A stretch of 64,000 nt of DNA from Candidatus Aminicenantes bacterium (GCA_963702005.1 OY969696.1:704001-768000), one strand, 5' to 3'. Shown: positions 18,230-28,939, counted from the stretch's first letter. Notes: generated by a model not told the origin, from the sequence alone. A program made the numbers and translations.

Positions 18230-19798
18230 ATGACAAAGAAACTCGCGCTGACGGCGGTCCTGCTCGCCTCCTTCCTCCACCTGGCGGCCGGGGGGAAGGG
18301 CGATTGGACCGCGGCCGTCGATAAGGCGGAATCGATCGCCGCCCTCGTCGAGAAGAACTATGTCCAGCCTCTGGAGCCCCAAAAGCTGGCCTTCGCCTCG
18401 ATCCGGGGCGCCCTGGAAACCCTGGACCCCCACTCCTATTTTGTGGACCCGGAGATGCGTTCCCGGATGACGGAGGAATACACCGGGAAGTTCTACGGGC
18501 TGGGGATCCAGATCACAAAGCAGGAGGACCGGCTGGTCGTCATCGCCTGCATCGAGGGGACCCCGGCCTCGCGGCTGGGCATCCAGCCGGGGGACGTCAT
18601 CGCCACCATCGACGGCGAAAGCACCAAGCCATTGACCAGCTTCGACGCCATGCAGAAGCTGCGCGGTCTCAAGGGGACCAAGGTCACCATCACGATCGTC
18701 CGCGAAGGCTTCGCCGAGCCGTTCGAGCTCACCGTCATCCGCGAGGAGATCCCCCTTCGCAGCGTCTCCTACGCCTTCCTGCTCGACGAAAAGGTCGGCT
18801 ATATCTACCTCAGGTCGTTCAGCGAAACGACGGTCCCCGAGGTCGAGGCCAAGATAAGCGAGCTCCTGGCTCAGGGCATGGAGAGCCTCATCCTGGATCT
18901 TCGCTGGGACCAGGGCGGCCCCTTTTTCCCGTCCCTGGAGCTGGCCGACGAGTTCTTGCCGAAAGGTTCGCTGATCGTGTCCATCCGGGGCCGCAACAAG
19001 GGCTACGACCGCGAGTTCCGGGCCCTCCGGGACGGCCAGCATGAACGGCTTCCGCTGGTCGTCCTGGTCAATCAAATCAGCGCCAGCGCTTCGGAAATCG
19101 TGGCCGGGGCGATCATGGACAACGACCGCGGCCTTATCGTCGGCGAGGACTCTTGGGGCAAGGGGCTTGTCCAGACCGTTTTCATGCTCGGGCCGAACAG
19201 GGACATGGCCGTCGCCCTGACCACGGCGAAATATTACACGCCGAGCGGCCGCTCAATCCAGCGGGACTACAGCCGGATCGAGGACTACTACATGAACACG
19301 GGAGTTCCCGTCGAATCGCGCGAGGTTCGCTTCACGTCGCGGGGCCGCAAGGTCCTCGGCCAGGGCGGCATCACGCCCGACTATAAAGTCCCGCTGACCC
19401 TGAAGGCCTTGACAGCGGAGTTGACCTTCCGCGGGGCCTTTTTCAGCTACGGCCGCAAGTTCGTCGCCCACCAGACCCCCCTGTCCAAATCTTACATCCT
19501 TCCCCAAGATAAGGGGACGCCCGAGGAGGCGGCCGGCCGGACGATCGTTCTGGACAAGTCCTTCACGGCCGGACCCGAGGTCGTCAACGATTTCAAGGAC
19601 TATCTCCAGTCCCTGAAGATCGAATACAGCCCCGAGAGGTTCGCCGAGGCCGAGGACGAAATAAAAAAGGAGATCGAGCGCGAGGTCGTGTCCTCTGCCT
19701 GGAACCTCGAGGAGGGGATGCGGGTTTACCGGCGGAAGGACCCCGTCGTCCAAAAGGCCATCGCGGCTATGCCCGAAGCCGCCGGGTTCCTCCGCTGA
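18230..19798 (+). CDS. ctpA: S41 carboxyl-terminal processing protease
   Basis: LDPHS, PDZ domain, ILDLR, SASASEI, GKG.VQ, TTAKYYTPSGRSIQ. Confidence 0.9.
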   Translation: MTKKLALTAVLLASFLHLAAGGKGDWTAAVDKAESIAALVEKNYVQPLEPQKLAFASIRGALETLDPHSYFVDPEMRSRMTEEYTGKFYGLGIQITKQEDRLVVIACIEGTPASRLGIQPGDVIATIDGESTKPLTSFDAMQKLRGLKGTKVTITIVREGFAEPFELTVIREEIPLRSVSYAFLLDEKVGYIYLRSFSETTVPEVEAKISELLAQGMESLILDLRWDQGGPFFPSLELADEFLPKGSLIVSIRGRNKGYDREFRALRDGQHERLPLVVLVNQISASASEIVAGAIMDNDRGLIVGEDSWGKGLVQTVFMLGPNRDMAVALTTAKYYTPSGRSIQRDYSRIEDYYMNTGVPVESREVRFTSRGRKVLGQGGITPDYKVPLTLKALTAELTFRGAFFSYGRKFVAHQTPLSKSYILPQDKGTPEEAAGRTIVLDKSFTAGPEVVNDFKDYLQSLKIEYSPERFAEAEDEIKKEIEREVVSSAWNLEEGMRVYRRKDPVVQKAIAAMPEAAGFLR

Positions 19799-19860
19799 AC
19801 CGGGACCGAGGGGGCCGGGATGCTCGACCGTTCGGAGCCGTTTTGGACATGGAGGCCGAG

Positions 19861-20310
19861 ATGAAAATCGTCCTGGCATCGGATCATGCCGGGTATGACT
19901 TGAAGATGGGAATCGCGGACTTCCTGGCCGGGCGGGAGATCGAGATCCTCGACGTCGGCTGCGGGCCGGGGGAGTCCGTCGACTACGTCGATTTCGGGGC
20001 CAAGGCTGCGGCTAGTCTCGCTCGGGGGGAGCAGAACCTGGCGATCCTCTTCTGCGGGACGGGTATGGGCATGGCCGTCGTCGCCAATAAGTTCAAGGGC
20101 GTCCGGGCGACCCCGTGCTGGAGCGTCTATACGGCCGAGATGAGCCGGAAGCACAACGACGCCAATTGCCTGACGATGGGCGGGCGCGTCCTGAGCCTTG
20201 AAGAAGCCAAGGCCATCGTCACCACCTGGCTGAGGACGGCTTTCGAGGGTGGGCGCCACGGCCGGCGGGTCGATAAAATCCGCCTCCTGGAAAGCGGAAA
20301 CTTCAAATGA
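19861..20310 (+). CDS. rpiB: Ribose-5-phosphate isomerase B
   Basis: ASDHAG, CGTGMGM..VANK, HNDAN, FEGGRH.RR. Confidence 0.95.
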   Translation: MKIVLASDHAGYDLKMGIADFLAGREIEILDVGCGPGESVDYVDFGAKAAASLARGEQNLAILFCGTGMGMAVVANKFKGVRATPCWSVYTAEMSRKHNDANCLTMGGRVLSLEEAKAIVTTWLRTAFEGGRHGRRVDKIRLLESGNFK

Positions 20311-21791
20311 TCCGAGACGCGTCCGCCGCGGAGCAGGGCAGGGAGGCAGACATGGCGGCGCTGCGCGCAAAGATGGAGACGCTGGTCGGCAGGATCGAAG
20401 ACAACAACGTCTGGCGTCAGGCGGATTCTTTCAACCTCATTCCGTCCGAGTCAACTCCGTCCCTTCTCGTCAAAATGTGCGAAATTTCTGACCCGTCGGG
20501 CCGCTACGCCGAGCACAGGACCATGAAGGGCGAAGAGGTCTATTTCTATCAAGGCACCGACTTCATCCGGGACGTCGAGGTCGAGGCGCAGAAAGAGCTG
20601 GCGGCCTTCTTCGGCTGCCGGGACCTCGAACTCCGGCCCATCTCAGGCCAGATGGCCAACGAGGTCGTCTTCAAGGGGCTGGTCCGGTTCCTCAACCGGA
20701 ACAAGCCCCCCGGGTCCCAGCCCCGCAAGCTGCGGCTCGTCCTCAACAACGATCTCAACAAAGGCGGCCACCTGAGCGCCCAGCCGATGGGCGCCCTGTT
20801 CAATTACGTCGAGGAAGATCCCGGGACGGGCAAGGAGCGGGTCATCCATTTCCCCGTCTTGAAGGATAATCCCTACAAGGTCGATGGCGCGGCCCTCGCC
20901 GAGCTCTTGGAGGGTCCGAGGCCGGAGCTCATCGTATTCGGGAAGAGCATGTTCATCTATGCCGAGCCGGTCCGGCTCGTGGCCGAGATCGTCAAGAGCT
21001 GGACCGAGCGTCCCCTCCTCATGTTCGACATGGCCCACGTCCTGGGTCTGTATGGCGCATTCCAGACGCCCCTGGCCGAGGGCGCCGACATCGTGACCGG
21101 GAGCACCCACAAGACGTTCTTCGGTCCCCAGCGGGGGGTCATCGCCGGCAGCTTCCCCAAGGAGAGCCCCCTCCATTCGTTCTGGCTGGACGTCAAAGGC
21201 CGCGCCTTCCCCGGCTCGACCTCGAACCACCATCTGGGCACGCTGCTCGGTCTGCTGGCCGCCGCCTACGAGATGAACGCCTTCAAATCCGAGTTCGCGG
21301 AGAAGGTCCGGGCCAACGCCAAAGCCTTCGCCCGCGCCCTTAAAGACGAGGGCGTCCCGGTCGAAGGCGACCCGGCGGACGGCTACACGGAGACGCACCA
21401 GGTCCTCATCCGGGTCAAGGCCTTCGGGTCCGGCCAGGTGATCGCCCGCCGGCTCGAGGAGAACAATATCCTGACCAACTACCAGGCCCTCCCGGACGAC
21501 GAGACCTTTTTGGCCTCGAGCGGCATCCGGCTCGGCGTTCAGGAAATGACGCGGTTCGGGATGGAGGCCGAGGATTTCGATACGCTGGCGGGATTGATGG
21601 CGGACTGCATCGTTCGCGATAAAAGCGTCAAAAACGAGGTCCGGGCCTTCCGCCGGAACTTTCTGGAGATGCGATACTGTCTTCCCGAGCGGGAAGCGGC
21701 CGGCTTAGCCGCCCGCGTTCTCCGCAGCGTATTCCCCCAGGGCGGCGTCGTGGAGGCCCTGATCGACGGGCTCCGCAAGGCCGGCCGTTGA
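20307..21791 (+). CDS. glyA: Serine hydroxymethyltransferase-like PLP enzyme (divergent; start may be 20352)
   Basis: NLIPSE, SGQMAN, GGHLS, DMAH, STHKTFFGPQRG, SGIRLG. Confidence 0.8.
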   Translation: MIRDASAAEQGREADMAALRAKMETLVGRIEDNNVWRQADSFNLIPSESTPSLLVKMCEISDPSGRYAEHRTMKGEEVYFYQGTDFIRDVEVEAQKELAAFFGCRDLELRPISGQMANEVVFKGLVRFLNRNKPPGSQPRKLRLVLNNDLNKGGHLSAQPMGALFNYVEEDPGTGKERVIHFPVLKDNPYKVDGAALAELLEGPRPELIVFGKSMFIYAEPVRLVAEIVKSWTERPLLMFDMAHVLGLYGAFQTPLAEGADIVTGSTHKTFFGPQRGVIAGSFPKESPLHSFWLDVKGRAFPGSTSNHHLGTLLGLLAAAYEMNAFKSEFAEKVRANAKAFARALKDEGVPVEGDPADGYTETHQVLIRVKAFGSGQVIARRLEENNILTNYQALPDDETFLASSGIRLGVQEMTRFGMEAEDFDTLAGLMADCIVRDKSVKNEVRAFRRNFLEMRYCLPEREAAGLAARVLRSVFPQGGVVEALIDGLRKAGR

Positions 21792-21831
21792 GGGGCGGGA
21801 GGGCGGCGGACTCGAACAAGGGAGGACGAGG

Positions 21832-23112
21832 ATGAGAGTCTTGATCATAGGCTCCGGGGGCCGGGAGCACGCCCTAGCCTGGAAGATCAGCCAGAGCCCG
21901 CTCCTCAAGAAGCTCTTTTGCGCCCCGGGCAATCCCGGGACGGCCCAAGTCGCCGAGAACGTCCCCATCCGCGAAACGGATCTTCCCGGCCTGGCCGAAT
22001 TCGCCAGCCGGGAGAGGATCGACCTAACGGTCGTGGGTCCCGAGCTGCCCTTGACGATGGGAATCGCGGACGAGTTCGAGTCTCAGGGGCTGCGGATCTT
22101 CGGCCCGTCCAAGAAGGCGGCCGAGCTCGAGGGGAGCAAGATCTTCGCCAAGCAGTTCATGGAGCGGCACCGGATCCCGACGGCCCGCTTCAAGATCGCC
22201 GAGACGGACGACCAGGCCATGAAGATCCTCAACTCGGGCGCGTTCAGCTTTCCCCTCGTCATCAAGGCGGACGGTCTGGCCGGCGGCAAGGGCGCCGTCG
22301 TCTGTCCGAACATGAAGAAGGCCGAGGAGACGATCCAGTCGATCATGGTCAAGAAGCAGTTCGGCGAGGAGAACACCCGGGTCGTCATCGAGGAGTTCCT
22401 GCGCGGCCGCGAAGCTTCCTTCATCGTCATCTCCGACGGGACCCAGGTCCAGCCCCTCGTCACGGCCATGGACCACAAGGCCGCGTACGAGGGTGACCGG
22501 GGCCCGAACACGGGCGGGATGGGCGCCGTCTCGCCGTCGCCCTTCATCACCAAGGAGCTCTTCATGCAGGTGGCGAGTTCCATCATCTTCCCGACCATCA
22601 CCCGGATGCTCGAGGAGGGCCGGCGCTTGCGGGGCGTCCTCTACGCCGGCCTGATGCTGACCGACCAGGGACCCAAAGTCCTCGAGTTCAACTGCCGGTT
22701 CGGAGATCCGGAAACCCAGGCCCAGCTCCTCAGGATGGAAAGCGACTTCCTGGAAATCCTCCTTTCGGCCGTGTTCGAGAACGTCCTGAGCCGCAAAGTC
22801 CGCTGGAGCGCCAAGGTATCCGGTTGCGTCGTCCTGGCCTCGGGCGGCTATCCCCTCCGCTACGAGACGGGAAAGCCGATCGAGGGCCTTGAGCAAGCCG
22901 AAGCCATCCCCGGCGTCACCGTCTTTCATGCCGGGACCCGGATGGAAAACCGAGCGCTGCTGACGAACGGAGGCCGGGTCCTCAACGTCTGCGCGCTCGA
23001 CACGAACCTGGCCGGGGCCATGGACAAAGCCTACGAGGCCGCTTCGGCCGTCCGCTTCGAAGCCATGCATTATCGCCGCGATATCGGCTGCGAACGGGAG
23101 GAGGCGGAATGA
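21832..23112 (+). CDS. purD: Phosphoribosylamine-glycine ligase
   Basis: GSGGREHALAW, KADGLAGGKG, GPNTGGMG, EFNCRFGDPE. Confidence 0.97.
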   Translation: MRVLIIGSGGREHALAWKISQSPLLKKLFCAPGNPGTAQVAENVPIRETDLPGLAEFASRERIDLTVVGPELPLTMGIADEFESQGLRIFGPSKKAAELEGSKIFAKQFMERHRIPTARFKIAETDDQAMKILNSGAFSFPLVIKADGLAGGKGAVVCPNMKKAEETIQSIMVKKQFGEENTRVVIEEFLRGREASFIVISDGTQVQPLVTAMDHKAAYEGDRGPNTGGMGAVSPSPFITKELFMQVASSIIFPTITRMLEEGRRLRGVLYAGLMLTDQGPKVLEFNCRFGDPETQAQLLRMESDFLEILLSAVFENVLSRKVRWSAKVSGCVVLASGGYPLRYETGKPIEGLEQAEAIPGVTVFHAGTRMENRALLTNGGRVLNVCALDTNLAGAMDKAYEAASAVRFEAMHYRRDIGCEREEAE

Positions 23113-23600
23113 AGGTCGTCATTTTTCTGGGCAGCGAATCCGATTTCGACGTCATCCAGGAAGCCCTGGAGGTCCTCAAGGAGTTCGGCGTCCCCTTCCG
23201 GCTCGAAGTCAGCTCGGCCCACCGCAGCCCGGAGCGGACCTTGCGCCTTGTCCGGGAGACGGAGGCGGCCGGGGCCGAGGTCTACATCGCCGTGGCCGGG
23301 AAGGCGGCTCATCTGGCCGGCGCCGTGGCCGCCCAAACCGTCCGCCCCGTCATCGGCGTGCCCGTCGACAGCGCCGCCCTGAGCGGTCTCGACGCCCTCC
23401 TCTCGACCGTCCAGATGCCGAAGGGCATCCCGGTCGCGACGATGGGGCTCGGCAAAATGGGCGGCACGAACGCCGCGCTGCTGGCGATCGCCATCCTGAG
23501 CCTGAGCGATCCCGGCTTGAAGGACAAGCTCCTCGCCTACCGGGCCCGGATGGCCGCCCAGGTCGAAGCGGGCTCGGCCAAGCTCCGGCGGAAGTTATGA
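23109..23600 (+). CDS. purE: N5-CAIR mutase
   Basis: GSESD, SAHRSP, AGKAAHLAG, STVQMPKGIPVAT. Confidence 0.97.
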   Translation: MKVVIFLGSESDFDVIQEALEVLKEFGVPFRLEVSSAHRSPERTLRLVRETEAAGAEVYIAVAGKAAHLAGAVAAQTVRPVIGVPVDSAALSGLDALLSTVQMPKGIPVATMGLGKMGGTNAALLAIAILSLSDPGLKDKLLAYRARMAAQVEAGSAKLRRKL

Positions 23601-23666
23601 CCCGTTCGCCGATACTAACCCCCGCTTTTCAAAGCGGGGATGAGAAGCGAGGCTCAGGGTTAACCC
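23600..23666 (+). repeat. Dispersed intergenic repeat with GC hairpin (copy A)
   Basis: acccgttcgccga..cta.ccccgc-loop-gcgggga.gagaagcg.ggctcagggtta, shared with 38246-38310. Confidence 0.75.
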
Positions 23667-23704
23667 CCTACAAGACCGGGCAATCATGTCGGGGAGTTGA
23701 GGGG

Positions 23705-24952
23705 TTGACCTCCGTCCTCATTCACAACTTCGGCTGCCGGGTCAATCAAGCCGAGGCCTTCGGCTGGGCGGAAGAGCTCCAGAGCCGCGGGCTGAGACTT
23801 GAAAAGGACATAGCCCGGAGCGACCTCGTCGTCGTCAACACCTGCACCCTGACGAATCGGGCCGAGAGCGATGTCCGCCGCTACCTGCGCCGGGTGACGC
23901 GACTCAACCCGTCCGCCCGCCTCGTCCTGACCGGTTGTTCGGTCGCGTTGGACCGTGCGCGCTTCGAAGGGGGACCGCAGGTCTGGCTGGTCGTTCCCAA
24001 CGAGGACAAGGCGCATCTCGCGGACCGGGTCCTGGCTTTGGTCGGCGCGGCCCCGGCGCGGCCGATCGAGCCTTTCCGGTCACGCGCCCTGATCAAGATC
24101 CAGGACGGCTGTGATTTTCGTTGCGCCTTCTGCATCATCCCGGCCGTCCGGGGCGGAGGACGGAGCCTCGCGGCCGCCGAAATCCTGTCCAAGGTCCGGG
24201 GTTTCGCGGAGCGGGGCTTCGCCGAGGTCGTCCTTTCCGGAGTTCAGCTGGGCTCGTACGGGACCGACCTCGTCCCGCGAACGTCCCTCCTCGAACTCCT
24301 GGAGACGTTGGAGAAGGCGGCGGGCGGAATCCGCCTCCGGCTGAGTTCGCTCGATCCAAGGTTCATGACGGCCGGGCTCCTGGATTTCTTCGCGGCGAGC
24401 AGGGCCGTCTGTCCCCATTTCCATCTTTCCCTCCAGTCCGGCTCGGACACGGTCCTGGAGAGGATGGGCCGGCGGATCGGCGCCACCCGTTATTGCGAAA
24501 TCCTGACGCGGCTGGCGGAGGGCGTGCCGGGCGCGGCGCTGGGCGCGGACATCATCGTAGGGTTTCCGGGCGAGACCGAGGAAGAATTCGATCGGACCCG
24601 CCGCTTCGTCGAGGCCTCGCCGCTGACATACCTCCATGTCTTTTCTTATTCGCCGCGGGCCGGGACGCCGGCCGCCGTCCTCCCCCAGTTGGATGCGAAG
24701 GTCAAGAAGCGGCGTTCGGCTTCCCTGCGAGCCCTTGCCAAGGACAAGAATCTCGCTTTCCGTCGAACGTTTGTAGGGCGGGAATCCGAGGCCGTCGTCA
24801 TCAAGCGCGGCGGCGCCCTGGGCGAAGTCCTCACTCCGAATTACATCAAGGTTCTCGTCGCTGGCGGACTCCCCCAAGCCGGGGCCTGTGTCCGGGTCCG
24901 GATCAGCCGCGCAACTCCCGCCGTGACCGAGGGACGCGTTTGCCCGCCCTGA
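23705..24952 (+). CDS. mtaB: tRNA methylthiotransferase (MtaB type, radical SAM)
   Basis: FGCRVNQAE, NTCT, TGC, IQDGCDFRCAFC, IIVGFPGET; TTG start at 23705 (the upstream part of the track ORF is a repeat). Confidence 0.9.
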   Translation: MTSVLIHNFGCRVNQAEAFGWAEELQSRGLRLEKDIARSDLVVVNTCTLTNRAESDVRRYLRRVTRLNPSARLVLTGCSVALDRARFEGGPQVWLVVPNEDKAHLADRVLALVGAAPARPIEPFRSRALIKIQDGCDFRCAFCIIPAVRGGGRSLAAAEILSKVRGFAERGFAEVVLSGVQLGSYGTDLVPRTSLLELLETLEKAAGGIRLRLSSLDPRFMTAGLLDFFAASRAVCPHFHLSLQSGSDTVLERMGRRIGATRYCEILTRLAEGVPGAALGADIIVGFPGETEEEFDRTRRFVEASPLTYLHVFSYSPRAGTPAAVLPQLDAKVKKRRSASLRALAKDKNLAFRRTFVGRESEAVVIKRGGALGEVLTPNYIKVLVAGGLPQAGACVRVRISRATPAVTEGRVCPP

Positions 24953-26619
24953 CCAAGATCCATCGTCTTCCCGCGGCGGTCGCTCAGAAGATCGCGGCCG
25001 GTGAAGTCATCGAGCGGCCCGCGTCGGTCGTCAAGGAGCTCGTCGAGAACGCTCTCGACGCCGGCGCCCGCGAAATCCGGATCGAGCTCCAGGACGGCGG
25101 GAAGTCCATGATCCGTGTCCAGGACGACGGGCAGGGGATGGGGCGCGAAGACGCCCTTCTCTGCTGCGAACGGCACGCCACCAGCAAGCTCGCCGACGAA
25201 GAGGACCTGGCCCGGATCGCGACCCTGGGATTCCGGGGCGAAGCGCTGGCCAGCATCGCGGCCGTGGCCGGGGTCGTTCTCAAGACGTCGGACGATACGG
25301 GCCGTCCCGGAACGGCCGTCGAGCAGGAAGCCGGCGAACAAATAAGCGTTTCCGACATTCCCTTTCCGCGGGGGACCAGCGTCGAGGTCAGGGACCTTTT
25401 CTTCAACCTGCCGGCCCGCCGCAAGTTCCTCCGGTCCGGATCGTCCGAACTGACGGTCATCGCCAAACAGATGACGCTCGTCGCTCTCGGCCGTCCCGGC
25501 GTCCGCTTCCATGTTCTCCACGGCAAGCGGGAGGTCCTGAACGCTCCGGCCGTGGCCGGCCTACGAGAGCGGGTGTTCCAGCTCTTCGGGAAGACCGTTC
25601 TCGACCGGCTCGCCGAAGTCAACTTTGAGGAGGGAGGCTGCCGGCTCAGCGGGCTCGCTTCGCGCCCGCCCCAAGGCAAGGCGGACCGGGCTCACCAGTT
25701 TTTCTTCGTGAACGGCCGGCCGGTCCGCGACCGCCTCCTCCAGGCGGCCCTCAACCAAGGATACCGGGGGCTCCTGGAAAAAGATTCTTACCCCGAGGCC
25801 TTTTTATTCTTGACGCTTCCCTTCGAGGAGGTGGACGTCAACGTTCATCCGGCCAAATCCGAGGTCCGTTTCAAGGACTCCCAGAGGGTTTTCGCCGCGG
25901 TCGTTCGGGGGCTCGAGACGTCGCTCCGGCGAGGTCCCAGGATCAAGGAAATGATCCCGGAGCGGGCCGGAACGCTTAGGGTCGAGGAAAGCCGCCAGGA
26001 CTCTCTGTTCGGAGCCCCCGAGCCCGGCCCGTCCGGGTCCGAAAGGCCGCTCTTTCCCCAAGTTCTAGGACAGTTCCTGACGACCTACATAGTCGCGGCG
26101 GCCGAGGAAGGCGTCTATATTATCGATCAGCACAACGCCCATGAGCGGATCCTGTTCGACCGCTTCAAGGAGGCCAAAGGCCGCGGCCGTCTGCCCCGGA
26201 AAACGGCTCTCCTCCCGGTTCTTGTCGAGCTTTCCCCCGCTCAGATCTTGAGCCTGGAAGCGGAAAGAGAATCCCTGGACGAAACGGGCTTTCGGGTCGA
26301 GGAGATGGGAGGACGAACCGTCGTCCTCAAGGAATACCCCGACCTGTTCGGTCCCGACGGGGCCAGAGAGGCCTTCTTGGCCGTCCTCGAGGAGATGGGA
26401 AAGGACCAAACCGGGGACCGGCTGGATCGGATCCTAAGGACATTGGCCTGTAAATCGGCCATCAAGGCCGGAGAGCCGCTTCTTCGGGAGAAGATGGAGT
26501 ATCTCGTAGCTGAACTTTTCCGGCTTGAAGACAGGGCGCTCTGTCCCCACGGCCGCCCGATCATGATCTTGATCGAAAGAGGCCAGGTCGAAAAGGGCCT
26601 CAAGAGACACCCAAATTGA
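24940..26619 (+). CDS. mutL: DNA mismatch repair protein MutL
   Basis: IAAGEVIERPASVVKELVEN, GFRGEALASI, DVNVHPAK, DQHNAHER, ACK, CPHGRP; true start near 24940. Confidence 0.96.
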   Translation: MPALTKIHRLPAAVAQKIAAGEVIERPASVVKELVENALDAGAREIRIELQDGGKSMIRVQDDGQGMGREDALLCCERHATSKLADEEDLARIATLGFRGEALASIAAVAGVVLKTSDDTGRPGTAVEQEAGEQISVSDIPFPRGTSVEVRDLFFNLPARRKFLRSGSSELTVIAKQMTLVALGRPGVRFHVLHGKREVLNAPAVAGLRERVFQLFGKTVLDRLAEVNFEEGGCRLSGLASRPPQGKADRAHQFFFVNGRPVRDRLLQAALNQGYRGLLEKDSYPEAFLFLTLPFEEVDVNVHPAKSEVRFKDSQRVFAAVVRGLETSLRRGPRIKEMIPERAGTLRVEESRQDSLFGAPEPGPSGSERPLFPQVLGQFLTTYIVAAAEEGVYIIDQHNAHERILFDRFKEAKGRGRLPRKTALLPVLVELSPAQILSLEAERESLDETGFRVEEMGGRTVVLKEYPDLFGPDGAREAFLAVLEEMGKDQTGDRLDRILRTLACKSAIKAGEPLLREKMEYLVAELFRLEDRALCPHGRPIMILIERGQVEKGLKRHPN

Positions 26620-26644
26620 CACCCCCCGGCCGTTTTGTTAAGAT
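26616..26644 (+). promoter_or_regulatory. Sigma70 promoter for the tRNA pair
   Basis: TTGACA-17 nt-TAAGAT upstream of tRNA-Pro. Confidence 0.7.
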
Positions 26645-26716
26645 GGGCTGGCTCGCGAGACAGGGTCGGCCGGATCCGGGTCGTTTCTCGAAATGCCATC
26701 GCCTCCGCCGCGGGAC

Positions 26717-26791
26717 CGGGGAGTAGCGCAGCCTGGTTAGCGCGCCTGCCTTGGGAGCAGGAGGTCGTCGGTTCAAATCCGATCTCCCCGA
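26717..26791 (+). tRNA. tRNA-Pro(TGG)
   Basis: Acceptor stem cggggag/ctccccg; anticodon arm cctgc-ctTGGga-gcagg; GGTTCAAATCC; CCA not encoded. Confidence 0.95.
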
Positions 26792-26856
26792 TTGTACTTC
26801 AAGGCAGGCGGCCGGGCGATCACGCGCCGAACGGCCGCGAGCTGGTCTGGCCTTAA

Positions 26857-26930
<74 letters not shown>

Positions 26931-27214
26931 TTCTCCCTCCTTCTTATAAGTGACAATAATTGCCCAGAGAGTGCGTGCCCGAGGATTCTATATAGCCTTT
27001 GAAGGTGAGGCGCTTCACCAAAAATTCACCTTGCCAATCCCCCTGAGGGGTGATTGACGCCTGCCAAGGGCTGGGATAGGTTTGAAAAGCGTCAGACAAT
27101 TTTTGGCTTGGATGAAGCAGGCATCGAGAAAAGAGCCAGAGAAGACCGTCTTGTTAGTAGAGGCGAAAAGCTTGACGAAAATTGTCAGGGTAAGTCCTAA
27201 GCGACGGAGTCGAG

Positions 27215-28939
27215 ATGGCGTCTAACTTAGGGGAACTCCTGCTCCGCGAAAAGGCGATCACGGCCGAACAGCTCAGGTCCGCCCTCGAACACGAACGAAA
27301 ACACAGCCTTCCGCTCGGGACATCCCTGGTCAGCCTCGGCTTAATCTCCGAAGAGGAGATCGCTCAAGCCCTGAGCCGGCAGCTCGGCTACCCGTTCATC
27401 GACCTCGACCAGTTCGAGGTCTATCCCGACGTCATCAACCTCATTCCCGTCGAGATCGCCAAGAAATACATGATCATGCCGATCCACCGGATCCGTTCCT
27501 TCCTGACCCTGGCCATGGTCGACCCGACCGACCTCGAGATCACCGAGGACATCCGGTTCCGGACCGGGCTCAGCATCCAGCCGGTCATCGCCTCGGAGTC
27601 GGGGGTCCTGAGCGCCATCAACAAGTATTACGGGACGTCGAGCGACATCCGGGTCAAGAAGATCATCGACGACATCGAGCTGGCCCAGGATACGACCGTC
27701 AACATCATCGAGGAGGAGAAGGAAGACTACACGATCGAGGAGCTCGTCCACTCGACCGAAGAGGCCCCGATCATTACCCTCGTCAACACGATCTTCATCG
27801 ACGCCATCAAGAAGGGGGCCAGCGACGTTCACTTCGAGCCCTACGAGAAGACCTTCCGGATCCGCTACCGGATCGACGGCACCCTCTACGAAGTCCAGAG
27901 CCTCCCGCTCAAGTTCAAGAACCCGGTCGTGTCCCGGGTCAAGATCTTATCCAACATGGACATCGCCGAGAAGCGGCTCCCCCAGGACGGCCGGATCCGG
28001 ATGCGGGCCAAGCTCGAGAACGGCGGCCGCAAGGAAGTCGACCTCCGCGTCTCGGCCCTGCCGACCATGTTCGGCGAGAAGGTCGTCGCCCGTATTTTGG
28101 ATAGGGAGATGCTCAAGCTCGACCTGACCGAGCTCGGGTTCGAGCCGGAGTCCCTCGAGGTTTTCCAGGAGGGCATCCGCCGGCCCTGGGGTATCATCCT
28201 GGTCACCGGGCCGACCGGGAGCGGCAAAACGAACACCCTTTACTCGGCCATCCAGAACCTCAATACGGTCGAGAAAAATATCCTGACGGCCGAGGACCCG
28301 GTCGAGTTCTACTTGTCCGGGATCAACCAGGTCAACATCAAGGAAGAGATCAAGCTCGATTTTCCGACCTGCCTCCGCTCCTTCCTCCGTCAGGACCCGG
28401 ACATCATGCTCGTGGGCGAGATGCGCGACCACGAGACGGTGGACGTCGCCATCAAGGCCGCGTTGACCGGCCACCTCGTCTTCTCGACCGTCCACACCAA
28501 CGATGCCGCGAGCACGGTCACCCGTCTCGTCAACATGGGGATCGAGCCCTTCCTGGTCGCCGATTCGGTCTTCCTGATCGTCGCCCAGAGGCTGGTCCGG
28601 CGCCTGTGCAAGAAGTGCGCCATCGACCACAGGATGCCGCCCCATGCGCTCGAGGAGACGGGGTTCACTTCGGAGGAGGCGAGCCGGGCCCGGGTCTTCA
28701 AGCCCAAGGGCTGCGAGGGCTGCAATAACACCGGCTACAAAGGCCGAATCGCGCTTTACGAAGTCCTGCGAGTCACCGACGATATCAAGGACATGATCCT
28801 CAACCGGGCGCAGTCCAAGGACATCAAGAGAAAGGCCATTGAGCAGGGGATGCTGACCCTGCGCCGGAGCGGCATCATCAAGATCCTGAACGGCATCACC
28901 TCCATGGAGGAGGTCTTGCGGGAGACGATCCGAGACTAG
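27215..28939 (+). CDS. pilB: Type IV pilus assembly ATPase
   Basis: N-terminal MshEN-like LGELLL repeats, ASDVHFEP, GPTGSGKT, LRQDPD, CxxC..CxxC. Confidence 0.95.
   Translation: MASNLGELLLREKAITAEQLRSALEHERKHSLPLGTSLVSLGLISEEEIAQALSRQLGYPFIDLDQFEVYPDVINLIPVEIAKKYMIMPIHRIRSFLTLAMVDPTDLEITEDIRFRTGLSIQPVIASESGVLSAINKYYGTSSDIRVKKIIDDIELAQDTTVNIIEEEKEDYTIEELVHSTEEAPIITLVNTIFIDAIKKGASDVHFEPYEKTFRIRYRIDGTLYEVQSLPLKFKNPVVSRVKILSNMDIAEKRLPQDGRIRMRAKLENGGRKEVDLRVSALPTMFGEKVVARILDREMLKLDLTELGFEPESLEVFQEGIRRPWGIILVTGPTGSGKTNTLYSAIQNLNTVEKNILTAEDPVEFYLSGINQVNIKEEIKLDFPTCLRSFLRQDPDIMLVGEMRDHETVDVAIKAALTGHLVFSTVHTNDAASTVTRLVNMGIEPFLVADSVFLIVAQRLVRRLCKKCAIDHRMPPHALEETGFTSEEASRARVFKPKGCEGCNNTGYKGRIALYEVLRVTDDIKDMILNRAQSKDIKRKAIEQGMLTLRRSGIIKILNGITSMEEVLRETIRD

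Noticed and set aside
23597-23704. N-terminal extension of MtaB
   Set aside because: The sequence is a dispersed intergenic repeat also found at 38246-38310
24121-24939. N-terminal extension of MutL (832 aa ORF)
   Set aside because: Off-frame overlap of mtaB; MutL homology starts at about 24940
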